In this document: one piece after another, positions 50,613 to 63,200 of the stretch
Layout of the letters: each line of letters starts with the position of its first letter
Numbering within the stretch: position 1 is the first letter of the stretch
Assembly: GCF_964204645.1 (NCBI RefSeq)
Contig: NC_134025.1
Coordinates: 29,740,299 to 29,804,298, forward strand
DNA: 64,000 nt
Direction of reading: 5' to 3'
Origin: Tubulanus polymorphus
Lineage: Eukaryota > Animalia > Nemertea
Notes under the pieces: model-generated
Told to the model about the DNA's origin: nothing
The model's input: only the letters and a program-made list of their open reading frames with translations
Database searches by the model: none
Made by a program: the position numbers and the translations under genes

Positions 50613-52692
50613 TAATTCTATGAGGATATACGTATATACGTATATAACCTTTTTTGGAAAATTCCCCGTTTGCAATAAAGAAACGCCATTTTTGAAAATT
50701 CCTTGTTACTGGCCCCTGATGTCTGATGTGGTGATTAACTTTTAATGTGTACGATGTAATATTTGTATTGTCGAAAATATGTGGAATATTTTGAAATAAT
50801 AATTTGTCATACGCAGAATAATTCAAGTTTCAACCTTCCCAAACATGAGAAAATTATATCGATTACAAATATACAATCAATTACTGATCGACAAAGTCGT
50901 CCGATAGTTCTAGAGATTACGTTGATAGTTTTTGGCACAGGATTCGCGTTATTCTGTTCAGTTTCTATTTACGATATAATGTTGATTTTCAGCTAATCCT
51001 CGCAGGATAAATCACTGAGGTGGATTGCATTCATCGCACATTACGGCGCAATATAATCGATGAAAGAATCGCTGCGTAGCTAATAACGTTTTAAATGACG
51101 TTTCGAGCGCTTCGGGCGTTCAGTGGTCGAGAAACCACCTTTTTAAGACATCAGTTCTTCAATGAGGAAGCGAGAAATGAAATTTGAAGTCCCTAGGTTC
51201 GAACTGGTGTACTCTGAGAACAGTGAATAATTAAATAATTCACTCTCCCTTCAAGGGTAAAGAGTTTCCCAGATTGATAGATAGGCACGGCGCGTCTTTA
51301 TCTAATGTATAAGCCTTCAGGCAGTCAACACTTATAAATCCACAATTGTTAGTGACACTTGTCATTGTCTGTACTTTTCTCAGCACTTTTTCAATCTGTA
51401 TAAAATGATTACCATCCACAGCGTAATCATCGTGTAAGCTCTGTGTGTATAATCCAGATGACATAACTATACGTACTTTCCTCGAGTCAGCGTCACCTGA
51501 AGATTCCAATAAGCCTTTTTACAGTTTCCAGGCGCCATTTTTTTGGGTACCCGCCGGGTCCGCATTGTTGAATTTTTTGTCCCTATTTTTCTCCGGTTTG
51601 ATTTTTTTATTTCGTTCATATCTCTGGATTTGATTAAGATAGAAACAAAGTAAAAGTATCGATGAACTCGGCTGATAATAAACTTTTTTTATGATATCAC
51701 TCATTTATCAAGTTAATGCAACAATGTGCGCTGGTGAAGTTATAAACATTGATATCGTCTTCCCGATAATTCAACTTCAATTATTGCTCATCTCATTCAA
51801 AAGTTAAATGATTTACTTGTGATTTGTTCGACCCTTCTTCGAAGAGTCGGTTGTGAATTTAATAGTACAGTTAACTTCTACATAGATGTTTTCTTCAGAT
51901 ATTGTGTTTTCCATAGATTCATCGACAATGGAAAAAAGATGATGTTCGGTTTTTAAAAGATATTACACGGGAAAATTGAGTACTAAATCAACGTCGAAGA
52001 GCCGCCAAGAGAAATGGAGGGAAATCCTTTGAAATATTATGTAAAAAATCGATGCTTTTATATAAGTCGGTTCTTAGATAGATAAATGAAATCGTTGATT
52101 CCCTGCACAACACACGTGTCCCTGCGCAGAATTAAGAATATTTCTGTCGATCGGGGAATCTGTTTAAAGATGTTAAGTAGAAGTTCTGATGTGATAAGCG
52201 GATTTCATTTTCTCGGATTATAGAAAATTCCCAATTTAGCGCCAGCTTCGCCCTCGTAGTTTCGTGGTATTACATGTGATTCGTAGATTCTTGTTTGCTC
52301 GCAACGCAAACAAGTAGAAAATACTACTTTCGAAATGGTTTAATCAAGGAGGCCGGACCTTCGATTTATCCATTCTTCAATCAACGGGTTAAAACATCAA
52401 TCATGTATAATGACCCGGTCCTGAATTTTCATGAGTTCCTCTCTAACCATTAGGCAAATAAGCTACAGTAACTGCAAGGATTCACTTGTCCTTGGTAGAC
52501 GTGGTTTTTCTCAATGATTGGGTAATAGGTTTAATAATATCGTAACTGTTTTCCCTCACCGATCATTATAGATTTTGATGACGACGCCTTCAAAAGTGTT
52601 CGTGAAGACCCTTGATTTATCACGATCTGATATCCGGGTCTCAAATTTTATATTTGCAGGGTGCTCAAATATCCTACGAGGTCACGAGGAAT

Positions 52693-53898
52693 ATGGCGGC
52701 TGAGTTGCAGTTTGAAGAAGCGAAAGCGTTCTACGCGTACAATACTTCGGATGGACGGTTCGTAAATAGTACATGTCCACCAAACCCACCAGCAGATGTC
52801 GCTGATTATTTTAGAGAAACTGTACTGAGCATGTACCCGGGATTAGTCCTGTTCAACTTCGTCATCGAAACAGTTTTTGTTGGATTATTATGCGCTATTG
52901 GATTCGTCGGAAATCTGTTATCGTTCATCGTTCTATGGAAAGACCGAAGTCAATCAACTACAAACTTTCTGTTACAAGCTTTAGCTATAGCAGATACACT
53001 GTTACTTATAGACTGTATAATGGTCATGACATTACGATCTATTTATCCTTATCTAGGGATACTTAAATCATATTACCAATCGATGCCATATATGATGCCA
53101 TATTTATGGCCTTTCGCCATGATGGCCCAAACGATAACCAACTGGCTGGTCATACTGGTAACCATCGAACGATATATCGTAGTTTGTAAACCACTACGAG
53201 CAATGCGCTGGTGCACAAAACAAAAAGCTAAACGAGGAGTAACTCTTGTTTTTATTTTGGCGATAATCTATAGCATTCCACGATTTTTTGAATTTAAAGT
53301 TATCGTCTTTACGAATATTTGCGCCAATAATCAGACGTATGCACTCCGAGAAGACACGAGTTTAAGAATCAATCCCATATTCAATATCAGTTACCGTATC
53401 ATACTATATTTCCTACTAATTGCCGTGGGACCCGTTGTAATTTTAGTGATCTTGAATTTCAAGCTGATTCGAGCACTTCATAAAGCTCAACGCGAACGAA
53501 TTATACTGACTAGATCAAGATCGACCAAAGGGCAACAAAGTCAGGCAGGAAACACGACTGTTATAGTAGCAGTAGTAACGCAATTCATAATATGTCAGAT
53601 GCCAGCTTTGGTACATCAAGTTTTAGAATGGTCACATCTACCAATAAACCACACAGCCCAGAGCTACAGCGTGGCTGTTAGTAATATGCTAGTGGCATTC
53701 AACTCGTCGACAAACTTTTTCATTTATTGCCTATTTGGTCGCAAGTTTCGTAGCATCTTAATCCGACTACTCTGTGGCTCAACTTCCAAATCGTCATTCG
53801 TCTCAAGACATTTCAACTCGCTTACCCACCACAGTATGAGCATTTATAAAGCCGAATTTTCAGCCGTTTCGCAAGTGGAAAATGGCGAATGTGTTTGA
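52693..53898 (+). CDS. Rhodopsin-class GPCR, FMRFamide/sex-peptide-receptor-like, paralog 1 (~401 aa)
   Basis: Uninterrupted ORF with 7 hydrophobic segments and motifs GFVGN, LAIAD, ERY, CKPL, IPRFFE, CQMP and NSSTNFFIY. A splice acceptor at 52658-59 lies just upstream of the ATG. Confidence 0.92.
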   Translation: MAAELQFEEAKAFYAYNTSDGRFVNSTCPPNPPADVADYFRETVLSMYPGLVLFNFVIETVFVGLLCAIGFVGNLLSFIVLWKDRSQSTTNFLLQALAIADTLLLIDCIMVMTLRSIYPYLGILKSYYQSMPYMMPYLWPFAMMAQTITNWLVILVTIERYIVVCKPLRAMRWCTKQKAKRGVTLVFILAIIYSIPRFFEFKVIVFTNICANNQTYALREDTSLRINPIFNISYRIILYFLLIAVGPVVILVILNFKLIRALHKAQRERIILTRSRSTKGQQSQAGNTTVIVAVVTQFIICQMPALVHQVLEWSHLPINHTAQSYSVAVSNMLVAFNSSTNFFIYCLFGRKFRSILIRLLCGSTSKSSFVSRHFNSLTHHSMSIYKAEFSAVSQVENGECV

Positions 53899-54069
53899 AA
53901 GATTCGTAATCAAATTACGCTAAAAACATTTGTCCGATTATGTTGAAAAATGCTCTTCCTCCACGAGAGTCGAGAGATCCGTGCATTAAAACCAAGTGAC
54001 TTCAAATACGATTTATTCATAGTTTATCTGCGCTCCTCATAGTGCATGTATTTTGTTAGTTTAGTTGAA

Positions 54070-54113
54070 AACACACACACACACAAACAATCAAACACAC
54101 ACACACACAAACA
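54070..54113. repeat. Interrupted (CA)n microsatellite
   Basis: Two (ac)n-aaacaa blocks read directly. Confidence 0.75.
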
Positions 54114-56199
54114 AGTTGATTTAGATAAGTTTTGTATTTCATGTTAGTACGGTGCGAGTGAGTGCCTGATGAATGATAATAAATAGATTCATCATTAATT
54201 CAACGATTCAGTCGTTTTTCTCGTGAGGATTCTGTAGCCTAATCGGAGGATGTTTGCTTGTCCGGTTACATTCGTCACGTTTTTATCACTTCTCTCTTTT
54301 CTGATGGATCGTTATTCGCTATTCGCCTAAGATAACGCGTACGATATGCCCAAAAACTGTAGAGAAAGCCACGTTTGCAAAGTGCGAAGAGTGAATCTCT
54401 GTAAATATGCCTTATATTCGTCGATGTTTGAGTTCGCAACACGTTCGCATTTAAGTATATATTACAGATCGTCAACCATCGTCAATATGTTCAAGTCCAA
54501 TACTCGAGTTAAACGGCATTCATCTTCTGAATCAATGTCCACTTCAAAATTTGTTCTTAGTGATTATTTAATATTTGCGTTATTTGTAGGTTAGTCACAT
54601 ACAAATGCTGACAATGAATCCAGAATTTATTTGGGAACTTTGGTAAATATTAGAAGCTGTATAAGAATCAGCATACGAACGTGAGAATATGAAATTAGTT
54701 ATCACCCATGAGATCGTCTGCCCTCAAAGCGACCCCTAGTGCTAATGTTATAGATCATTGTTGTTCTATGTATAAACTAAGTAGTTAAGCACCCAGAGGA
54801 CATGCGTACCATTACTTCACTTTCGATTTCCATGTAAAACTAGATACGCACTTACCATCGCATATAGAATACAACAGTCGATTCGGTGAATAATTTATTA
54901 ATGTCTTCATCAAAAAGATGTCTATGTGACTGGGATTACCGGCTAATGGGGTAGGTGTGATTTAACACGGCATCTCCTACAGCATTATCCATACAAATAA
55001 AAAACTGATGTACAGTTATTGTTACGATCTGCTTTCTGTGGAAGACTAGAATTTCACTTTCTAAAAGCTGTAAGAAAAAGCGATAAAATTTAGATAAATT
55101 CTTTTCGCGACCTTTGTCTGACAAGTTTGATCAATTTCTTAAAGTATTCGTAAACAATTGGCTTTCGGTAATCCATCCGTACAGATCCACGAGGAACTGG
55201 AAATCAATTTTTTAACATCTTATAAAAAGATTTTTCATAAGATGAAGTTTGAATCTAATCAGGAGTGAGATTTTCCTTCAACTATCGATTTTAAATCTGT
55301 AACAATCCTGCTCGAGTTAATAAATGGTCTCTTCATTCGATTTTTTGTTGGACAGTCGTGGATTATTTTGAATAAAAGTGGAAACATCTACAAAAAGGAC
55401 CCAGAACCCCAAAGTCTGTTAATACTTTCTAGCAGTTTGATTCACTTCAAATTATTCAAACTGTAATTCATACCAAGTGCATCTGGATCCCTGTAATCTA
55501 TAGGCCTCTGACTTTATTCAGATATATTACTTCAAAGTATAACTAATGGTCTGAATAAAAACTCGTTCGTCGATTTATCAATGAAACAGTGTTCTTCCAT
55601 TAACGCTAGACGCGTTCACAGATTCGTTAAAGAAACAACTAAAACGAGAGAACTACTTAAAAACGACCGTTTCCGAGCAGTCAATCTCAACCTGTTACAA
55701 CAAAACCTGATTACATGATCAGTAATTGTATAGCGCCGTAAAGTAAGATGGACAGACAGCTTGTGATCTCAACGCGTAAAATCCTCATTCTTCACAGCGA
55801 TCAATGTGACTAACACGTCACGATGTCCACTTCTATCGCATCGATTACTGATGTCGTAATCCTAAAGGGAAAATCCTACAGTTACATGAAAATCCACGTT
55901 GTGACAACGACAACAACAACGTATTGAATTGGTTTATTAAAAATAACTTCACCGGAACGATTCGAATATCCTCATATTTTTATATGCATTAATTTGAAGT
56001 AAACTTGAATCCTTACATGTACGATGATGATGTCGGAAATGAAATTTGAACGAATTAGAAAATATTACGCAGATTGTGGGCAGAATATGAGAAATATTCC
56101 TCGGTAAGTTACGCAATCTAATGAACCATCGGTTTCTGTCCATTTATTGCGTGTAATGATTATAAAGCACGTCAAACTTTCATTCCGCAGGTGTGATAA

Positions 56200-56504
56200 A
56201 TAGCAGTAGTGTCATCAATGTAGATCAGCTAAATTCGCTGTCTTCTGCTTGTTATTGGCAACTGTGCACACATCACACGTCGACGCAAACTTTCTGTCCA
56301 TTGCTACGACACAAGGCACTGACTGGAAATAACACGGGCAAACACCACCTGAACATTTTATGAAGAAAAACCTACATGAATCGAACATTCGATCGTGGCT
56401 ACAATTGTGTCTTTATTTCGGATTTTAAACGCATCGCAAAAACGACTGAAGACGATTAATGGAAGAATAAGGATTATATTGAAAAAAAACCGGTTACATA
56501 CGAG
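56200..56504 (+). other. Probable 5'-UTR exon of GPCR paralog 2
   Basis: Donor GAG|GTAAGG at 56504/56505, TATA-like tataaa at 56161 and gataaata near 56195, and a matching acceptor at 57794-95. The exon start is approximate. Confidence 0.35.
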
Positions 56505-57814
56505 GTAAGGAATTCAAATATTCGAGCATCTTTTTTTCAGACGGATTTATCGGATTGATTTAACTGATGATGAATAGTTACATAAACGTAATGGAGATTG
56601 AATAGAAGGGAAATTCTACTCAACTGAATGAAAGTACAATTAATTAGAATTATACGTATTACTAAGTCATATCTTCACAGATATTTCTCTCGTGACAATA
56701 TTTTCAAGATTTTCACAATTTCTACAAAGAGAAACAAAACACGAAATTTACACAATTTCTAGAAATCAAGATGAAATTAAATGTTCTAACACAAATTATT
56801 GTTACGTATGTTTAATTAGTTTGTAAAAAAAATTCAATCTTTGGAGACCCTTTCTGATTATGATTCATGACCGGACTATTTTCCTGTGGGTATATTCTAT
56901 CACTGATTGACCGTCAGATAAGTCAAAAGAGATTCATTAATTGAATTTACGACATGAAAGTTGTGCATCACGTATGACGTGGCTGTATACAGGGCTGTGT
57001 AGGTGTAATACGTATCAAGTCTTACCCAGAAATACCAAGAACACTGATACGATACTACTTGACTTGATCTTCTGCGATTATAAACATTTCATCAATTTTT
57101 TACCCAGGTTCTCAAAGGCTGTTTATGACTTGTAAATACTCCCACAAATATTTAAAGGTCATTGCTTTTACGTGTGCTAAAATTGAGATATAAAATTAAC
57201 TGAAATTTGAAGTCAAAGTTATAGCTATCAGTTCGGTTGAATGGAGTTCGTTTCCCTTATCGGGATTATCAGCTCAATTGTTTAGAGCCAGTCTTCTAAA
57301 ACTTATGGATCTAAGTTGCATCGGGTCGTTAAAGCCACCAAACTGTTCAGCTGAATATCGCATTACCAAATGAAACTCAAGGGACGAAGACAATAAAGTC
57401 AGAGTCCATCATGATAATGCCTCGGTAATAAATAAGACGTATCAAACAAACGACGATTATTGGCTTAGGCAAAGTCGCATCAGACCCTGAAATAAATCAC
57501 CAAATATCACAGCGAGCTGTCATTGGGCGAAAACTAGTGGAAAACTTGTTACTCAACGGAAATCCTTTCAAGATTAAATAAACGTGAAATATTAATTGAA
57601 TCATTTTGTCTCGTTCTTCTGACTTAATCCAATCGTCGCTTTCTGCGAGACTAAATGTAGGCATATATGTATACATTAGCAAACCTTCATATAATGGGGG
57701 AAAATGGGAAAATAAAGCAGAAAAATTGATGTGTTACTTCAAACATTTCAGTATCTAAGACGGAAGCGTGATCGTTTTGTATCTTTCTATTTCAGGCCCG
57801 GACGATCAGACATC

Positions 57815-59002
57815 ATGAACATAGAACCAGAACTCGAGGAGGTTCCCTACGTCATCGGAGACAACGGCAGCGCAGAAGGTGAAAACTCTACAAAGTGTCC
57901 CGACATCGCTAACTATTTATTCAATCGCTACCCGGGATTAGTTCTGTTCAACTTCATCATCGAAACAGTTTTTGTTGGATTACTATGCGCTATTGGATTC
58001 GTCGGGAATTTGTTATCGTTCATCGTTCTATGGAAAGACCGAAGTCAATCAACTACTAACTTTCTGTTACAAGCTTTGGCTATAGCAGATACACTGTTAC
58101 TTATAGACTGTATAATGGTCATGACATTACGATCTATTTATCCTTATCTAGGGATACTTAAATCATATTACCAATCGATGCCATATATGATGCCATATTT
58201 ATGGCCTTTCGCCATGATGGCCCAAACGATAACCAACTGGCTGGTCATACTGGTTACCATCGAACGATATATCGTAGTTTGTAAACCACTACGAGCATTG
58301 CGCTGGTGCACAAAACAAAAAGCAAAACGAGGAGTAACTCTTGTTACTGTTTTGGCATTGATTTATAACATTCCACGATTTTTTGAATTTGAAGTCGTTT
58401 TATATACTGATATATGTACGAATGTCACACACGCTATTTGTGAGCCAACAGCGTTGCGAGTCGACTTAATATTCACCATCAGTTACCGTATCATATCATA
58501 TTTCCTACTAATTGCCGTGGGACCCGTTGTAATTTTAGTGATCTTGAATTTCAAGTTGATTCGAGCACTTCATAAAGCTCAACGCGAACGAATTTTACTG
58601 ACTAGATCAAGATCGACCAAAGGGCAACAAAGTCAGGCAGGAAACACGACTGTTATAGTAGCAGTGGTAACGCAATTCATAATATGTCAGATGCCAGCTT
58701 TGGTACATCAAATCTTAGAATGGTCACATCTACCTATTAATAAGACCGCGTTATCTTACAGTGTGACGTTCAGTAATATGCTAGTCGCATTCAATTCATC
58801 CACGAATTTCTTCATCTATTGCTTATTCGGTCGAAAATTTCGTAGTATTTTAATTAAGCTTATCTGTGCTCCTAAAGCTACACATTCCACTCGGAAATTA
58901 AATTCAATTAACCATGGCCATGATCTGAGCACATATACAGCTAATTTCACGGCGATTTCGCAGGCGGATAACTGCACCACTGAATTGATACAAAAATGTT
59001 AA
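57815..59002 (+). CDS. Rhodopsin-class GPCR, FMRFamide/sex-peptide-receptor-like, paralog 2 (~395 aa)
   Basis: Same 7TM motifs as paralog 1, in tandem at an offset of about 5.09 kb. The acceptor ttctatttcAG at 57794-95 precedes ATG 57815. Confidence 0.92.
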   Translation: MNIEPELEEVPYVIGDNGSAEGENSTKCPDIANYLFNRYPGLVLFNFIIETVFVGLLCAIGFVGNLLSFIVLWKDRSQSTTNFLLQALAIADTLLLIDCIMVMTLRSIYPYLGILKSYYQSMPYMMPYLWPFAMMAQTITNWLVILVTIERYIVVCKPLRALRWCTKQKAKRGVTLVTVLALIYNIPRFFEFEVVLYTDICTNVTHAICEPTALRVDLIFTISYRIISYFLLIAVGPVVILVILNFKLIRALHKAQRERILLTRSRSTKGQQSQAGNTTVIVAVVTQFIICQMPALVHQILEWSHLPINKTALSYSVTFSNMLVAFNSSTNFFIYCLFGRKFRSILIKLICAPKATHSTRKLNSINHGHDLSTYTANFTAISQADNCTTELIQKC

Positions 59003-60114
59003 AGTTGCCGATTAGATTGGTAAATTTTATGAGTTTTTTTATAATGTAATGGGTACTTTGTACAACGACACGACGAAACAACGAGTTCGTCTAAGATGTG
59101 ATTATAAATAGAAAAAAAGAATCTGAAATAGGCATGATATTTCGGTCTCGGAAAGTCTACGCTTTATGGAGGCAAGTTCATCACTGTTTTAACGTTATGA
59201 ATACAACACGATTATTGTAGTTTTGATATTTTGCTGTAAAACAGTTTAAACATCTGAAATTTCCATGTTACATGTTTCAATGTTCGTTCTCATTTTTTCT
59301 ATCAATAAAATATTGTATACGTGTAGACGATGCATTTGAAGTTGATCTCAAGACATTGTTTTGTAAACAGGGATTTCTTCAAACAAGGCATCTAATCATC
59401 TACACACTATCGCACAGAACGATTTTAATTAAATAATTTGACGAAATTAAACATCTCTTCTTCGCCAACGCAATTCATTATGGCGCACATCAAGCTCATC
59501 AGATTCTGCAAAACGACTAAATGAATTCTTTTGAAAATATTAATTCCATTAACAAACAAACAGCTCCTGCGGCTGAAATCTATCGGAAATTAAGTCCCAC
59601 AAATTATTGATCTCCATTCTCAATTGTTTTTGGGGATTCGTAAATGAATCAATTTTCGTAGATTACAGATTCGTTCTCTTTGATTGAATTCATCAAAAGA
59701 TATTAAGATCTCTGATTATCTGAATACAGCCGGATATTACCACGTCCCGATTTAAGGTGGATTATCTGCATACGTTCTGTCGAAGTTTAAAGGATTTCTC
59801 AGATTTGGGATGACGTTTATGTGTTGTGAAACGGTTACAGCTAAGGCCCAGTTGCGTTGACGTCATTTGAGATCAGAAAGTTTTGTCGAATCATAAATAG
59901 CTGATTTTCACGAACGGTTTCCAGCTAGCTCTCCTTAGTGTCTGATATACCACAGATCTGTTCACACTAGGATCGTATAGCGACGGAGATCTCTGTGGAG
60001 ACAATCACACTGCCAAGACTGGGTGAAGATGATTCCTGAAAACCAGCCTGAAGATTAGATTGGCTTGGAATACAAGCTAATAGAAGACAGGCTAAGACTG
60101 ACTGGTCTTGACTA

Positions 60115-60228
60115 CAGGACCCAGTTCCACAGTTGTGAGTTAGAGTTAACTCTGAGTTAAAGTTAGTTCATTTTCAATGTTTTAACCCAGGGTCAAATCT
60201 TAACTCAGAACTGTGGAACTGGACCCTG
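60115..60228. mobile_element. MITE family B (PIF/Harbinger-like ends)
   Basis: ~28-bp TIRs caggacccagttccacagttgtgagtta / taactcagaactgtggaactggaccctg. Confidence 0.85.
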
Positions 60229-63200
60229 GGTCCTATATTTAGATTTGATATATTCTCCAAATGCACGTCAAAAATTGATGATATAGGTTCTGATATATTC
60301 ACGATGATTCAGTATGAGAGACTAATTCGCGATATCGATTACACAGAGTATTGATCACCAATTAAAACGCTGCCCAAAACGATTGACAACTCGCGTTGAA
60401 TTAATGGTTGTTTCCAGCTGGTTGACTTTCTATTCTTTTATGTCTTAGTGATAGTATTTTCTGAAAAGTGAAGATTGATTGATGGGTTTCGAGATAAATC
60501 ATCGGTGCCGCGATCATCCTGCGTTAATATATCTCAATTCACTGTCATAGAAAATTTCATTGAATTGATCTGATAATAAATCTCCGACGACGACACGCAC
60601 TCTATCATAGTCAATGTATGTTCAGTCAACAGAACTTTCATACCGACATTTTCGATGAGTTAAACCGTAAAATGTCGTTTCCTAGAATTATGAGAATCTA
60701 AACATATTTGATGCGTCAAAACGGATGTCTTATGTCGTAAATCGAATTCAAACAATCGTTTGTAAGAATTACAGTTTTCGCGGTGGCCCAGTTCCACGCG
60801 TTTGCATCTTATTCACAGCCCAAGCTATAGAATACATAGTTCGCTATTATCTAAACTAAGATGGAATCCTATAATACAAAAGAAAAGCGAGTCAGAAAAG
60901 TCTCCTCAAGCGATACGTAGTTGCAGTCGACGTTTCGACTTTATCATTTGGTCATCTTCAGGAATATTACAGTACAGTGTTTCTACATACCATTGATTGC
61001 GATTTGTCAATTTTCCATTTTTCAACCTTATTGAACTTTATCATCCAGAATACATTATAATGAAATCGAATAACGAAATATGTACATAATTCCCGCGTAT
61101 AAAACCCATAATTAGTCTACAGGGAAGGTATTCTACAGTGTATAAAACGTCCAGTTCCGGAGCTGGGACCAAGAGATTAATTTGTCAAACCCATTTTATC
61201 TCTCAACCGTCCTCATTGTTTTTGTTCTCATCATTACCGGAATATTCCCTTTCCGAACTTTTCGCATAGCATTATTTGCACCTCATACCATCATTTAAGA
61301 TATATTTGAAGAATATTTCGCAGTTCAAAGCACTTTGAAGTCGGAAAAGCTTCCTGTGAGCTCGGTGATCTGATGACAGATCCATTATACGGTGATCGCA
61401 TTGAAGACAGCTATTACGTATTGTAGGCAGTTGCAAATTAAATGCGCCTTTAGACTTTTTTTGAAATTACAACAAAAACTTCCGAAGCATTAAAACACCG
61501 AAAATAGCCCAGGTGAGTAATGGCGCATACTCAGAGAAAAATGAACCCCGCAAAAACTAGATCTAATTTAATCTAACTCTGAAGCCATTTGATGATTGAT
61601 AGTCAATATCAACTGCAGTCGTTTCATTCTAATTTTCATTCTAATTCAAAGTCTACATATCAAACATATTCTTTGTCACATGGACTGATTTCTGTTCGTT
61701 AAAATTGGACACAAATAACTCATTTACGGTGGATGATTATTTCACCGGAAAAATAACGACAGAGAAATGAAATGAATATAAAAACAAAGCATGCTTCAGG
61801 TAGACTTTTTTCGCCAATCAATCCAGATGCAATCAACCCAAGTAAACCACGGGGAACAACAAACATACATCATATCGACCGGAGACGACACGGATCGCAG
61901 CAGCTCGTCTTGATTCTCAGCGCTTCAATTGATTCGATTTCGTCCATTTAAACCTGTAATACGAAGCTTTAAAAGAAGACTTTATCGCATCAGGAAATCA
62001 TAAAAGTGCAATACATAACCTACTTCAATCTTCCGAGCAAATATGAGACGACAGGAGATATGAAGATCAGTTGATTTCCTCATTGGATGATTGCCTTTCC
62101 TTGGCATAGTTCAGTTCGGATGTTCTGAATAACTTGTCGATTCGATTTCCTTTCGGTTTTACCGAGCCATCAAAAAAATGTTTTTCATATCCAATTAACT
62201 CGTGATATACTACCCAGCACTACGACCAGTAGCCGTTTAAGCGTTGCGGTTTCTGGATAAAATTGATGAGACACGGGACATACTTTATCAAAATCATAGC
62301 GATCCCTCTAAACCCAAGAGTTTGAAATTTAATGGGACGTCATCAAAATGTCACAGGTCTTCCCTCTCTCACTCTCCCTTTTAAGCTTTGTGATACATGC
62401 TTTTTAATAACTCGCCCATTGACGTTATTTTGTCCGTGTGTTTATGCAATTTATATGCAATGAATATTCCGATCAATTTTTGATGTGGCAGATCAGCCTA
62501 ATCTAACCTGTCTGTCTAGACAACTCATCACTCTAAATCCTGTTATTGATGTCTACCCCCAAAAAGAAAAGGTTAACGTTGCTTGTTGAGGTTCAGATTG
62601 AAGATACTCCTGCCATTCTTACTAAGACACGTCTATGATGGAAGTTATGTCAAAATGTCATGCAATTTGAATTGTCAGAAAAGAAGCTCATAAACATCCG
62701 TGGAATCATCACTGATTACATTGATGTACTCGTAGGAGAGCGAGTCAACTAGACTTCAATCAAAAATACGAAGTCAGTGAGGTAGGTCAGTTCTTGACAC
62801 ATTTGTTTTACAAACGACACTACAATTCTCTTTCAAGTAGTTTTCTCGACTTTGCCTCTAACCCAATTTTATGGGATCTAATTTGTGGCTTGATTCCAGC
62901 GCAAATAAATGATGTGTATAAAGTCGTTATTTTGGGGAGCGATCATTAAAATGCATGCGCTCACTCGGGAAGCTGTTGAAACGAAAGTGTTTTTTGCATC
63001 TCCAGACATCAATATGATCATTAAAGCTTTCTTCCTGCAGACACTGTCCATGTTTCCAGTGATCGTAAAGCTTCAACGTTTGAAGAATAACTTACCATTC
63101 TATGCTATCTACCAGTTCGTCGCCAGCATCTATTTTATTTCTTTGTACCAATTACGAAGACATCAAGTTACAACTGACTGAAGATCAGAAGACGCCGCGC

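Noticed and set aside
52612-52659. N-terminal extensions of the GPCR ORFs in the ORF track (also 57731-57795)
   Set aside because: They start at TTG/GTG and run through polypyrimidine tracts ending in AG, so they are intronic.
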